This document shows, one piece after another, positions 38,459 to 49,195 of a stretch of DNA of 64,000 bases (its first letter is position 1; each line of letters opens with the position of its first letter). The DNA comes from an uncultured Armatimonadetes bacterium (GTDB lineage Bacteria > Armatimonadota > Hebobacteria > Hebobacterales > Hebobacteraceae). The DNA is taken from NCBI GenBank assembly GCA_963716175.1, contig OY970296.1, forward strand, positions 3,680,001 to 3,744,000, in the 5' to 3' direction. The position numbers and the translations under genes are program-made. Under the pieces are notes generated by a model. It was given only the letters and a program-made list of their open reading frames with translations. It had not been told where the DNA came from and made no database searches.

Positions 38459-39355
38459 TCACACGGAGGGCAGCCCCATTCCTGCCTCCGCCGACTTGGC
38501 GACAAGATAGGAAACGAAGGCGGAGCAAGCGACTAACATGTACTGGGCCTCTGCCCGACCAACCCTATCCTCATCCAGCATCTTGTGGCGCACGCCGTCC
38601 TCGTCGCTTGTATAGGCATAGAGCAGATCGAAAGCCCTCTTGAGAGCCCCGTGCATCTCGACCTTTGAGCGTTGCTCTATGGCACGAAGCGCCTTTGCGA
38701 GATCAGCCTTGGGCTCGCCGGCGATGATGCACGCGAGGGATTCGACCGCGCTGATGGATTCCTTGAGCGAGTTCCGGTAGTCGGGGTCCGGGCGCTGTGC
38801 GTAGAACTGCAACGCCTGCGCGAGGTGACTCCGCACACCGGCGAGCGGTTTGGCATCCGCCACCGCCGTCTCGATTGCGGCTATTTCGTCTTCCGACGTG
38901 ATCTCGGCGATGCGACAGCCCACAAGACGCCAAGCACATTGCTCCTTGGCCATTGCTCCATTGCAGTGCTGCGCGAAGTCGCCAACGGGATCTGCGTCAG
39001 GTTCGAAGTCGTTGTATTCTTTGAAGTTTTCCGCGACAAACTCCAAGAAGTCGTAGACCTCGTACCACTGGCAGTGGTGGAAGTATTTGCGTATCCCCTG
39101 GCACACGGAATAGACACTCTCGTGCTCTATGGTATCCCAAGTATACTTGAAGTAGTCTGTCCATAGCAGGTAGATAATGTGACGGGCGGGGTCATCCGCA
39201 TCTGCCACATGATCGGCAGCTTGCCCCCGCTCTAGTCGATCGCAGAAGTGAATATCCACCCCATTCCAGAGGCGATTCCGCAGAGAGGCGTCCATCGAGT
39301 CCTTCTGGATGGCATTCCTGACCTGCTTGTAACCGTGCTTCTCTGAGAATCGCAT
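38459..39355 (-). CDS. AbiJ-like protein (AbiJ N-terminal domain 4 plus predicted HEPN-like C-terminus)
   Basis: MRFSEKHGY...LRNRLWN, WYEVYDFLE, DYRNSLKESISAVE, YTSDEDGVRH; visibly lower GC than flanking genes. Confidence 0.72.
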   Translation of the reverse strand: MRFSEKHGYKQVRNAIQKDSMDASLRNRLWNGVDIHFCDRLERGQAADHVADADDPARHIIYLLWTDYFKYTWDTIEHESVYSVCQGIRKYFHHCQWYEVYDFLEFVAENFKEYNDFEPDADPVGDFAQHCNGAMAKEQCAWRLVGCRIAEITSEDEIAAIETAVADAKPLAGVRSHLAQALQFYAQRPDPDYRNSLKESISAVESLACIIAGEPKADLAKALRAIEQRSKVEMHGALKRAFDLLYAYTSDEDGVRHKMLDEDRVGRAEAQYMLVACSAFVSYLVAKSAEAGMGLPSV

Positions 39356-39437
39356 CGCTATGTCCTCGCTCCCGATCTATCTCACAGCCCAGTCATCCGG
39401 CGCGTAGGTAGGGGCCGAAGGTGCGTTGGCATCCTCT

Positions 39438-39836
39438 TCATACCGCACAACACTTCAGTCCGGCGCACTCTTGAATGAGGTCGAAATCGCGATCCTTGTG
39501 CAAGAGGGTGAGATCGTTCTCCAGACAGATGGCGGCGATAATGCAGTCCACCGTTTTTCTGACCGTCTTCCCCCTCTTTCGGCAGTCCCGATGAATCTGG
39601 GCCGCCTGGAGGTAGGTCTGGACACCTTTCGGCCGGTAGATGGCAAACTCGAGGAGATACTCCTTCATCATCCGGAAAGCCCGGTCATCCTGGATGCCCT
39701 GGAGAACCTCTGTCAGGATAATCTCGGTGATCGCGAGGTCGTGCTCCTCCTCAATGAGCCTGTGCAAGGCGCGGCGATGGGCTGAATTCACGCCCCTCAG
39801 AAAGTCTATCCAGACGCTCGTGTCTACCAGGATCAT
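39438..39836 (-). CDS. vapC: VapC PIN-domain toxin
   Basis: MILVDTSVWID, EVLQG, DCIIAA, HKDRDF. Confidence 0.9.
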   Translation of the reverse strand: MILVDTSVWIDFLRGVNSAHRRALHRLIEEEHDLAITEIILTEVLQGIQDDRAFRMMKEYLLEFAIYRPKGVQTYLQAAQIHRDCRKRGKTVRKTVDCIIAAICLENDLTLLHKDRDFDLIQECAGLKCCAV

Positions 39837-40033
39837 GCCCGGCTTTTCCTCATCTCCTGGAGAGTGCCGGCCCACTCCACCTTTCCCTCGAAATCCAGGA
39901 GCTTCTTCCTCTTCAGCTTGCGTACTAGCTCTTCGAGGGCGTAATTCACCACCTCCTTCTTGGTCCTCTTACGGGTGAGCCTCATGGCCTCACCCACCAG
40001 CTTCTCGTCAAGCTCGATGTTTGTCCTCAACAT
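39833..40033 (-). CDS. vapB: VapB antitoxin (RHH-type)
   Basis: RTNIELDEKLV..A...TKKEVVNYAL; ATGA overlap with vapC. Confidence 0.88.
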   Translation of the reverse strand: MLRTNIELDEKLVGEAMRLTRKRTKKEVVNYALEELVRKLKRKKLLDFEGKVEWAGTLQEMRKSRA

Positions 40034-40048
40034 AGGAACGCCCTCCTG

Positions 40049-40086
40049 ATACACACAGCATAACCGATTCCTGTGTATGAAGTAAA
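40049..40086 (-). promoter_or_regulatory. vapBC promoter with inverted-repeat operator
   Basis: TTTACT-N18-TATGCT overlapped by the ATACAC(AC)AG...CTGTGTAT inverted repeat. Confidence 0.55.
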
Positions 40087-40106
40087 CAGCTTATTATGGC
40101 TGCAGC

Positions 40107-41701
40107 CTACCGCCTCCGGTACCCTACCTTGCCTCCCACGATTACCATCTCCACCCGCGGTTTCATGAGCCGGGATGGGCGCACTCGCGACAGGTCCTCA
40201 GAGAGCACCACGATATCGGCCAGGTATCCGGGCGCCAGCTTCCCCTTGAAAGCTCCCTCGCCAGTGGCTTTGGCGGGGGCCACAGTGTAGGCCCGTAGGG
40301 CGGCCATCGTGCTGACGCCTTCCTCGCGGCGGTACCAGCCCTTCGCAGGGCGCCCGTCCCGCGTCTGCCGGCGGACCGCGGCGTAGATGCCCCACATGGG
40401 ATCGGCCGTCTCCACCGGCGCGTCCGAGCCAAACACCACGCTGGCGCCCGCCTTCATCAGGCTGCGGATGGGATAGGCCCATCGGCTGCGCGGGCCCCAA
40501 TAGCGCTCGGCCGAGTCAATGTCGCCCAGAATGTGGCAGGGCTGCATGGAGGCCACCACCCCCAGGCGCGGAACCGCGGCAGGTCCTGCGGGCGCACCAG
40601 TTGCGCGTGCTCGATGCGGTGGGGCAGGGCAGGCCGTGGCATGCCCTCCTGACCCGTCGCCTGCTCCAGTGCCTCCAGCGCCTCCGCGTTCGCCCGATCG
40701 CCGATGGCGTGCACCGCGCAGGCCAGCCCCGCCTCCGACGCCCGTCGCACCAGGTCGCGGAGGTCTCCGCCGTACAGCACCGGCACTCCATAGGCCGAGC
40801 CGATCTCATAGGGCTGGAAGAGCCAGGCCGTCTGGCTGCCCAGGGTGCCATCCACCAGCAGCTTCACCCCGCCGATACGCAGCCATTCGTCGCCGATACC
40901 GCTGCGCACCCCGGCCCCGATCAAGGCGTCCAGCGTCGCCGCCGGGCGGTATAGCGTCACCCGCAGCGGAAGCTGCCCCTTCTCCCTCAAGGCCTGCAGC
41001 TCGCCCAGGGTTTCGGTCTCGGCCATGGCGTGCACGGACGTGACTCCCTGTCGCACCAGCGCACGCAGTCCGGCCAGCAGTTCGTCTCGCCCTCCGCCCC
41101 GGTCGTCGAAGGCGCGGCAGCTATAGACCAGGGCCGCCGCCTTCTCCTGGAGAACCCCGGTGGGCTCGCCCGCAGCATCCCGTAGGATGACCCCGCCCGC
41201 AGGCGCCGTGGTATCTCGGCCGATGCCGCAGATCCGCAAGGCGGCTGAGTTGACCCAGACCGAGTGGCCATCCCGGGAATGCAGCAGCACCGGATGATGC
41301 GGCGCGGCTTGGTCCAGGTCGCGCCGATCTGGGAACTCATCTCCCCAGCGGTTCTTGTCGAACCCGCCGCCGGTGATCCACTGGCCCGCGGGCACCCGCC
41401 GGGCTCGCGCCGCCACCTGGCGCAGCGCCGCCGCCAAGGTACGCGCGCGCTCCAGGTTCACCCGGGAGAGCATGCCGCCGAGAGCGCGCAGGTGAACGTG
41501 GCTGTCGGTGAACCCTGGCAGGGCCAGGCGACCGCCGAGATCCACTATCGCGGTCCGCGGTCCCCGCAGGGCCGCCAGCTCTCGCTCGCCGCCGACCGCG
41601 AGCACCCGGTCGCCGCGCACAGCCACTGCCGCAACCGCGTCACCCGCCATGGTGAGCACGCGGCCGTTCACCAGCATCACGTCGGCGGTCACGGGCTTCA
41701 T
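40107..41701 (-). CDS. amidohydrolase family 3 (YtcJ-like); -1 frameshift near 40565
   Basis: PGFTDSHVH, DGTLGSQTA, HAIGDRA, RIEHAQ, then in the next frame SMQP, FGSDAPV, GYLADIVVL. Confidence 0.88.
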
Positions 41702-41812
41702 CCGAGGAGCCATCTGGCTGCGCATGATCCTCCTCCGCGGCCTCTCGCGAGGCGACATCCCCCGATGCCCCGGACACGGGGTGAAGCGGGGTCAGGACAC
41801 CCCGCCCTCCAG

Positions 41813-44740
41813 CTACAGCACCGCCGCCGCGCGCCGGCCGCGCGGTCGCGTTGTGGGCATCTGCACGCCGCGGGTGCGGGCCCGCTGGCGAGCGAGGATT
41901 CGCCGTAACACCTGCCCAGTGTACGACTCTTCGACTTCCGTGACCTGCTCCGGCAAGCCCTCGGACACGATATAGCCGCCCTCGTCTCCGCCCTCGGGCC
42001 CGAGATCGATAATGTAGTCGGCGCACTTGATCACTTCCGGATTGTGCTCGATCACCAGCACGGTGTTGCCGGCCGCAGTGAGCCGCCGCAGCACCTCCAG
42101 CAGCTTCTGGATGTCGGCGAAATGCAGCCCCGTGGTGGGCTCATCCAGCAGATAGAGAGTGCGGCCGGTATCGCGCCGGGACAGCTCCGCGGCCAGCTTC
42201 ACCCGCTGCGCCTCACCTCCGGAAAGGGTGGTGGCAGGCTGGCCCAGCTGAATGTAGTTCAGCCCGACATCGTTGATGGTCTGGAGCTTGTTGGCGATGG
42301 CGGGGATGTTGCGGAAGAAATCCAGCGCCTCCTCCACCGTCATGCGCAGCACATCGGCGATGGAACGCCCCTTGTAAGCCACCTCCAGAGTCTCCCGGTT
42401 GTAGCGGGCGCCGCGGCACACCTCGCAAGACACGTAGACGTCGGGAAGGAACTGCATCTCGATGCGGATGATGCCATCCCCCTTGCAGGCCTCGCAGCGG
42501 CCGCCTCGCACGTTGAACGAGAATCGGCCGGGCTTATAGCCGCGCATGCGCGCCTCCGGGGTCTGCGCGAACAGCTCCCGGATCCTGTTGAACACCCCGG
42601 TATAGGTGGCGGGGTTCGAGCGCGGCGTGCGCCCGATGGGCGACTGGTCAATGTCAATCACCTTGTCCAGGTAATGCTCCATGCGCTCCGGCGCCGGCTT
42701 CCGTCCCATGGTGATGAGGATGTCGTCGTGTGCACCCCACACCGTGCGGGCGCCGTGCAGCCGGTTCGCCAGCCGCCGGTAGAGAATGTCCTCCATGAGC
42801 GTGGACTTGCCGGAGCCGGAGACGCCGGTGAGGCAGGTGAACACCCCCAGTGGGATGGAGACATTGATGTTCTTGAGGTTGTGGTGGCGGGCGCCCTTGA
42901 TGGTGAGAAAGGAGCCATTGCTGCGCTTGCGCTCGGGGACGGGGATGGCGCGCCGGCCGGACAGGTAATCCCCGGTGATGGAGCGAGGCGAGGCGATCAC
43001 ATCCTCCAGGCTGCCGGAGACCACGATCTCGCCGCCGTGCTCGCCTGCTCCCGGCCCTATGTCAATGATCCAGTCCGCGGTGCGGATGGTCTCCTCGTCG
43101 TGCTCCACCACGATCATGGTGTTGCCGAGATCGCGCAGGCTCTGCAAAGTGCTGAGCAGCCGCCGGTTGTCGCGCTGGTGGAGCCCGACGCTAGGCTCAT
43201 CCAGAATGTAGACCACTCCCACCAGTCCGGAGCCGATCTGCGTGGCCAGCCGGATGCGCTGTGCCTCCCCCCCGGCGAGCGTCGCCGCCGGCCGGTCCAG
43301 GGTGAGGTAGTCGAGGCCGACGTTGAGCAGGAAGCCCAGCCGGGTCCTGATCTCCTTCAGCACTTGCCGCGCGATCTGCTGCTGCTTCGGTGTCAGATCG
43401 AGATGCTCGAAGAAGGCCATCGCCCGGCGGATGGAGAGGGCGCTCACTTGCGCGATGTTCCGGTCGCCGACCGTCACCGCCAGGCTTTCCGGCTTCAGGC
43501 GCTGCCCCTTGCAGGCCGGGCAGGGCTTGACCGCGGTGAAGGCATCGAGGTAGTCGCGGGCGCTCTGCGACTCACCCTCCTCGTATTGCTGCTGCAGGTA
43601 GTAGAGGATGCCGCGGAAGCGGGTGTCGTAGACCCGCAGCCGCCCGCCCCGCCCCCGGAAGCGCACTCGCACCGGCTCATCGGAGCCGTGCAGCAGGATG
43701 TCCAGCTTGCCCTTGGGCAGCTTCTCCACCGGGGTGTCGAGGTCAATGCCGAAGTGCTCGCAGACGGCTCGCAGCAGCGCCCTATGGTACTGGGAGCTGA
43801 GGCTGCGCCAGGGCAGCAGCGCGCCCTGGCTGATGCTCAGCCGGGGATCGGGGATGAGCAGAGCTTCGTCCAGCTCGTTGCTGATGCCCAACCCCATGCA
43901 CTCGGGGCAAGCACCATAGGGGGTGTTGAAGGAGAACATGCGGGGCTGGAGTTCCTCGAAGCTGCGCTGGCAGTAGAGGCAGGCGAAGTGCTCGCTGAAC
44001 TGCATCTCCTCCCCGTCCACCACCTGCACCAGGGCCACCCCACTGCCGACGCGCAGCGCCAGCTCCATGGAGTCGGCCAGCCGCTTGCGCGCGGCGGGCC
44101 GCACCACGATCCGGTCCACCACCACGTCAATGCTGTGCTGCTTGTAGCGCGCCAGCCGCAGCTCCCCGGCCTCGGACAGCTCCACCACGTTCCCGTCCAC
44201 CCGCACTCGCGCGAATCCCTGCCGCCGGATGTCCTCGAAGATCTGCCGATACTCGCCCTTGCGCCCCTTCACCACTGGCCCCAGGATCAGCACCCGCGTC
44301 CCCTCCGGGAGCTGCAGCACCTGGTCCACGATCTGCTCGCTGGTCTGCTGCACGATGGGCCGGCCGCACTGGGGGCAGTGCGGCAGCCCGATGCGCGCCC
44401 AGAGCAGACGCATGTGGTCATAGATCTCCGTCACCGTCGCCACCGTGGACCGGGGGTTGCGAGTGGCGGATTTCTGGTCAATCGAAACCGCGGGGGAAAG
44501 CCCGTCAATGAAGTCCACGTCCGGCTTGTCCATCTCGCCCAGAAACTGGCGGGCGTAGGCGGAGAGGGACTCGACGTAGCGCCGCTGCCCCTCCGCGTAG
44601 ATGGTATCGAAGGCGAGCGAGGACTTGCCCGAGCCAGAGAGGCCGGTGATCACCACCAGCTTGTCCCGGGGGATCTCGACCGTGATGTTCTTCAGATTGT
44701 GTTGCCGCGCGCCGCGGACAACGATCTTATCAGTGGGCAT
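41813..44740 (-). CDS. uvrA: excinuclease ABC subunit A
   Basis: Two ABC domains ([18 protein letters not shown]), Zn fingers, LDEP motifs. Confidence 0.98.
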   Translation of the reverse strand: MPTDKIVVRGARQHNLKNITVEIPRDKLVVITGLSGSGKSSLAFDTIYAEGQRRYVESLSAYARQFLGEMDKPDVDFIDGLSPAVSIDQKSATRNPRSTVATVTEIYDHMRLLWARIGLPHCPQCGRPIVQQTSEQIVDQVLQLPEGTRVLILGPVVKGRKGEYRQIFEDIRRQGFARVRVDGNVVELSEAGELRLARYKQHSIDVVVDRIVVRPAARKRLADSMELALRVGSGVALVQVVDGEEMQFSEHFACLYCQRSFEELQPRMFSFNTPYGACPECMGLGISNELDEALLIPDPRLSISQGALLPWRSLSSQYHRALLRAVCEHFGIDLDTPVEKLPKGKLDILLHGSDEPVRVRFRGRGGRLRVYDTRFRGILYYLQQQYEEGESQSARDYLDAFTAVKPCPACKGQRLKPESLAVTVGDRNIAQVSALSIRRAMAFFEHLDLTPKQQQIARQVLKEIRTRLGFLLNVGLDYLTLDRPAATLAGGEAQRIRLATQIGSGLVGVVYILDEPSVGLHQRDNRRLLSTLQSLRDLGNTMIVVEHDEETIRTADWIIDIGPGAGEHGGEIVVSGSLEDVIASPRSITGDYLSGRRAIPVPERKRSNGSFLTIKGARHHNLKNINVSIPLGVFTCLTGVSGSGKSTLMEDILYRRLANRLHGARTVWGAHDDILITMGRKPAPERMEHYLDKVIDIDQSPIGRTPRSNPATYTGVFNRIRELFAQTPEARMRGYKPGRFSFNVRGGRCEACKGDGIIRIEMQFLPDVYVSCEVCRGARYNRETLEVAYKGRSIADVLRMTVEEALDFFRNIPAIANKLQTINDVGLNYIQLGQPATTLSGGEAQRVKLAAELSRRDTGRTLYLLDEPTTGLHFADIQKLLEVLRRLTAAGNTVLVIEHNPEVIKCADYIIDLGPEGGDEGGYIVSEGLPEQVTEVEESYTGQVLRRILARQRARTRGVQMPTTRPRGRRAAAVL

Positions 44741-44881
44741 ATGGAAGCCCTACCTTCGACTCCACGAGGGAAATCCCTGGCTGAGTCCTGCCCCACAACC
44801 ACCTTCGGCACGTTCGCCGGGCAGTTCCGCAACCTGCCCGCGGGCGGCGGGCATGCAGACTACGACATGCCCGCCCTACAG

Positions 44882-46906
44882 CTAGCGCCGCCGCCGTTTC
44901 CCGCGCCCCATCCGCCGCGGCCCGCCCACGGGCCTGGCGGCCGCCACTTGTCCCCCCAGGGCACGGATGCGGTCGCGCAGTTGCGCCGCCTCCTCAAACC
45001 GCAGTTCCTGCGCGGCCAGCCGCATATCGTGCTCCAGCTCGGCCAGCAGGTTAGGCAACTGCTCCTCGGGCGGCCCCTCCCCCGCGCTGTAGATCGCCGA
45101 CTCCTCCGCCACTTGCTCCACCAGCAGATCGCGGATCGCCTTCCGCACCGACTCCGGCTTGATGCCATGCTCCTGGTTGTACTGAACCTGTTTCACCCGG
45201 CGCCGGTTAGTCTCCTCAATGGCGCGCCGCATGGAATCGGTGACCTGGTCCGCATACATGATCACCTGGCCGGAGACGTGGCGGGCGGCCCGCCCGATGG
45301 TCTGGATCAGCGAAACCTCGGAGCGCAAGAACCCCTCCTTGTCCGCGTCCAGGATCGCCACCAGGCTCACCTCCGGGAGGTCCAGCCCCTCCCGCAGCAG
45401 GTTGATCCCCACCACCACATCGTACACCCCCAGGCGCAGGTCGCGCAGGATCTCGCTCCGCACCAGGGTCTGGATCTCGGAGTGCAGGTAATGCACCTTG
45501 ATGTCCACATCCGCCAGGTACTCGGCCAGGTCCTCCGCCATCTTCTTGGTCAGCGTGGTCACCAGCACTCGCTCGCCCCGCGAGACCCGGGCCTGAATCT
45601 CCCCGATCAGATCGTCAACCTGGCCTTTGATCGGGCGCACGATCAAGTCCGGGTCCACCAGGCCAGTGGGTCGGACGATCTGCTCGACCACTTGCTGGGA
45701 GACCCTCAGCTCATAAGGGCCGGGGGTGGCGGAAGTGAAGATCACCTGGTCCACCCGCTGCTCCCATTCCTCGAACGTCAGGGGGCGGTTGTCGAAGGCG
45801 GAGGGCAGGCGGAAGCCGTACTGGACCAGGCTCTCCTTACGGGAGCGGTCGGCGGAATGCTGGCCCGCAATCTGGGGGACGGTCTGGTGGCTCTCATCCA
45901 CCACCAGCAGGAAGTCCTCCGGGAAGTAATCGAGCAGCGTATAGGGAGGCTGGCCAGGGGCGCGGCCATCGAAATGCCGGGCGTAGTTCTCGATCCCCTG
46001 GCAGTAGCCGATCTCCCGGATCATCTCCATGTCATAGCGCGTGCGCTGCTCCAGCCGCTGCGCCTCCAGCAGCAGGCCCCGGTCCCGGAAGTACCGCAGC
46101 CGCTCCTCCAGCTCCTCCTCGATGGAGGCGAGCGCTCGCTCCTGCTGCTCGACGCCGGACATGTAGTGGGTGGCGGGGAAGATCATGGCTGCCTCCCGCT
46201 CCCCCACCACCTCTCCTGTCACCGGGTCAACCGCCATGATCCGCTCCACCTCGTCGCCAAACAGCTCGACCCGGGTGATGCGATCTTCGTCCACCGGGTA
46301 GATCTCCAGCACATCGCCTCTCACCCGGAAGGTGCCCCGACCCAGAGCCATGTCGTTGCGTTTGAACTGCATATCTACCAGCCGCCGCAGCAGCCGGTCG
46401 CGATCGTAGCTCTTGTCCTTCTCCACCTGGAAGGTGAAGCGCTGGTACTCCTCAGGCGATCCCAGCGCGTAGATGCAGGAGACGCTCGCCACCACGATCA
46501 CATCCCGCCGCTCGAACAGGGCCTGGGTGGCGAAGTGGCGCAGCCGGTCTATCTCCTCATTGATGGAGGAGTCCTTTTCGATATAGGTATCGGTCTGCGG
46601 GAGATAGGCCTCCGGCTGGTAGTAGTCGTAGTAGCTCACGAAGTAGGCGGCTGCGTTCTTGGGGAAGAACTCGCGGAACTCCCCACAGAGCTGCGCGGCC
46701 AGCGTCTTGTTGTGTGCGATCACCAGCGTGGGCCGCTGCACCTGGGCGACCACGTGGGCGATGCTGAAGGTCTTGCCGGACCCGGTCACGCCCAGCAGGG
46801 TCTGTCGCTTGAGGCCGCTGGCTACCCCTTCGGCCAGCCGGGCGATGGCCTCCGGTTGGTCACCCTTGGGCTTGAGATCGGAAATCAGCTCGAACTGCTG
46901 AGGCAC
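44882..46906 (-). CDS. uvrB: excinuclease ABC subunit B
   Basis: [40 protein letters not shown]. Confidence 0.98.
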   Translation of the reverse strand: MPQQFELISDLKPKGDQPEAIARLAEGVASGLKRQTLLGVTGSGKTFSIAHVVAQVQRPTLVIAHNKTLAAQLCGEFREFFPKNAAAYFVSYYDYYQPEAYLPQTDTYIEKDSSINEEIDRLRHFATQALFERRDVIVVASVSCIYALGSPEEYQRFTFQVEKDKSYDRDRLLRRLVDMQFKRNDMALGRGTFRVRGDVLEIYPVDEDRITRVELFGDEVERIMAVDPVTGEVVGEREAAMIFPATHYMSGVEQQERALASIEEELEERLRYFRDRGLLLEAQRLEQRTRYDMEMIREIGYCQGIENYARHFDGRAPGQPPYTLLDYFPEDFLLVVDESHQTVPQIAGQHSADRSRKESLVQYGFRLPSAFDNRPLTFEEWEQRVDQVIFTSATPGPYELRVSQQVVEQIVRPTGLVDPDLIVRPIKGQVDDLIGEIQARVSRGERVLVTTLTKKMAEDLAEYLADVDIKVHYLHSEIQTLVRSEILRDLRLGVYDVVVGINLLREGLDLPEVSLVAILDADKEGFLRSEVSLIQTIGRAARHVSGQVIMYADQVTDSMRRAIEETNRRRVKQVQYNQEHGIKPESVRKAIRDLLVEQVAEESAIYSAGEGPPEEQLPNLLAELEHDMRLAAQELRFEEAAQLRDRIRALGGQVAAARPVGGPRRMGRGKRRRR

Positions 46907-46922
46907 TTCTGGCTCCCCAGGT

Positions 46923-46967
46923 GATTATAGCACAGACGGCTGTAGGGCGGGCATACCCATGCCCGCC
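46923..46967 (-). promoter_or_regulatory. extended -10 for uvrB with a REP palindrome over the -35 region
   Basis: TG-c-TATAAT at 46923-46931; gtagggcgggcatacccatgcccgcc at 46942-46967. Confidence 0.5.
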
Positions 46968-47047
46968 TGACAGGGGAAAGCAGAAGTGGCGGGGATAGGA
47001 ATCCCCACCCTACAGCACTTGAAGGAGGAGGGCTCAGGGAACGCGCG

Positions 47048-49130
47048 TCAGAAAGCCCGCGCACCCAATTCCAGCCAGATGTGGCGCCCGCCCGAGTAGG
47101 TGTACCCGTAGCCGAAGGGGCTGAGCCAGGAGCCGCCGCCGTACTCACCCACCCCTTGCGGGGAATAGCAGAGAGCGGCGCGATAGCGGCCCAGCACCCG
47201 CCCCAGGGAGAGCCGCGTGCTGGCCGCGCGGTAGCTGTCGAGCCGAGAGAAGACATGGCTCAGCTCCAGGTTCCAGAGCGATCGACCCAACTGGTCCTTG
47301 CCGAACGGCAGACGCTGCTGCACGAAGAGCGAGCCGAAGCGCCGATGGCCGCCCGGATCCTGGGAGAGATTCGCTCGCACCGCTGCCCCCTTGACTCGGG
47401 TCACACCGGTGAAGCTGAGCAGTTGCCGGCTCGACTGGAACAGCGACGTCTGCCCCGCGGGGCCGCCGGAGGAGTAGGTGTAACCCGCGGTGACGAAGCT
47501 GCTGGGCCCAAAGCGCCGATCCAGCGAGACCCGGCCGTCCAGCAGGCCGCCCGCACCGCCGCCCAGCTCCCAGGCGTACCCGGTGGTCATGCCTGCCGTC
47601 AACCGCAGGTTCCGGCCCAGGTCCTTGCTCGGGAGGCTGACGTTCACATCCACCCCGGGCGAGGTGGTAGTGCGGTTCTGCTGCGCGATCTGCAGCGGCT
47701 CGCCGGTCTCGGGGTCGAGCACCACCGCCGCCACGTCCGTGTGCAGCCGGGACTGCCGCAGGTGCACCGCCGGTGTCACCGACACCGCCTGCTTGGTGGT
47801 GAGCCCGGACCAGCGGTACTCCAGGTCGCCCAGAGACTGCTCGGACGCGGCGTAGTCGCTGCGAGAAACCACCAGGGAGAGCTGGCCCCCGGACAGGGGG
47901 CGGAACAGGCTGATGCTGCTGGAGCGCAGACGCGAGCTCTCATTCCCGAAACGCACCGCGCTCGGCATCCAGGCTCATGGTGAGTCCCCCTCCGAACTGC
48001 TGCCGGTGCTCCCACCTCAGGCCCCGGTCGGGGCGGAACAAGTCGTCCAGTTGAAGGGCTCCCTCGCTGCGCCCCTCCTGCATGTACTCCTCCCGCAGGC
48101 CCAGCAGCCATCCCAGCCCGGCCTCGCCCACGGCCAGCCCTCGGTTGCGGGTGAGGTGGAGCGACCCGATGTGGTGGGCGCTAGCGCGGTAGTACATGGG
48201 GAAATCCATGCTCACACCCGAGGCTGAGCTGAATCCGAGCGCCTGCCCGAAGACCGCTCCTCCGGAACCCGGCTCCACCACGTGCCGGCGCAGAGCCATC
48301 ACCCGGGTGTCACCAACATAGAAAGCAGCATGATCCAGGATCACCTTCTCGCCGGGGCTGATGACGGCGCGCCGCGCCTTGACCCAGGTCCGGGTCTCAT
48401 CCGTCCGCAGCGGCTCCCAGAGCACGCTGTCTTCTGACTTGTCGCGCCGGGTTTCGAGCTTGCTTCCCTCCACCAGCAATCGCTCTGCCGGCTCGGCGAT
48501 GCGCAGCAACCGACCCCGCAGCGACACCAGCTCATAGCGCAGGGCGTCGGCATGGAGAGTGCGACCACCTGACTGCAGCGCCACATTCCCCTGAGCGCAC
48601 ACCAGGTTGGCGCCGAGATCGTACTGGATCCCGTCCGCCCGAATCTCCATCCCCCGGTATTCGAGGCGGGCCTGCCAGGTGGCGACGAAGACCTGCTTGT
48701 CCGCGCTGTAGGCGACCTCATCCGCCTCCAGCTCGATCACATGGGAGCCGGGCGACCCGCTGCCCGGCTCCGCCAAAAACTCCACCTGAATGCTCTGGCG
48801 AGCCGGCCCCACCATCGCCGAGACCATCGCCCGTCCCGCCACATTGGAGGCGGTAAGCGTGGTCTGCGCCAGGCCCCCGATGGTCTGCACGGGAGAGACC
48901 ACCTGGCCCAAAGTCGCGACGAAGTACACCATGGTGCCATCGGGCGCGGGCCGGCCCAGAGCATCCAGCACCTCCACCAGGAGCACCAGCGAACTCTTGC
49001 CGTCAGCCGGGGCGCGGTCGGGGTCGGCGCGCAGGCGCAAGCTGAACCCAACCGCAGCCTGCGCCACGCTGGTCGCGAGCGCGAGCACCAAGACGAGCGA
49101 GAGGAAGCAGGCTGTGCGCGGCCTTGGCAT
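47048..49130 (-). CDS. exported Ig-like (Big_1) + LptD-like outer-membrane protein; +1 frameshift near 47962
   Basis: Signal peptide; ADGKS...PAPDGT.V.F Ig-like motif; IELEADEV/IRADGIQY/AQGNV OstA-like strands; amphipathic beta C-terminus ending in Phe. Confidence 0.6.
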
Positions 49131-49195
49131 GTAGGTTGGTGGCCTGGCCTCGGCAGGGCGGGGCCCTTGCGGGCCCCGCCGGTGATCAAGGGATG

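Noticed and set aside
42044-46924. 1626-aa + strand ORF
   Set aside because: Antisense shadow of uvrA/uvrB caused by high-GC codon bias; no recognisable domains.
46907-47047. LexA/SOS box upstream of the uvr genes
   Set aside because: I could not recognise any shared motif upstream of uvrB, uvrA and uvrC.
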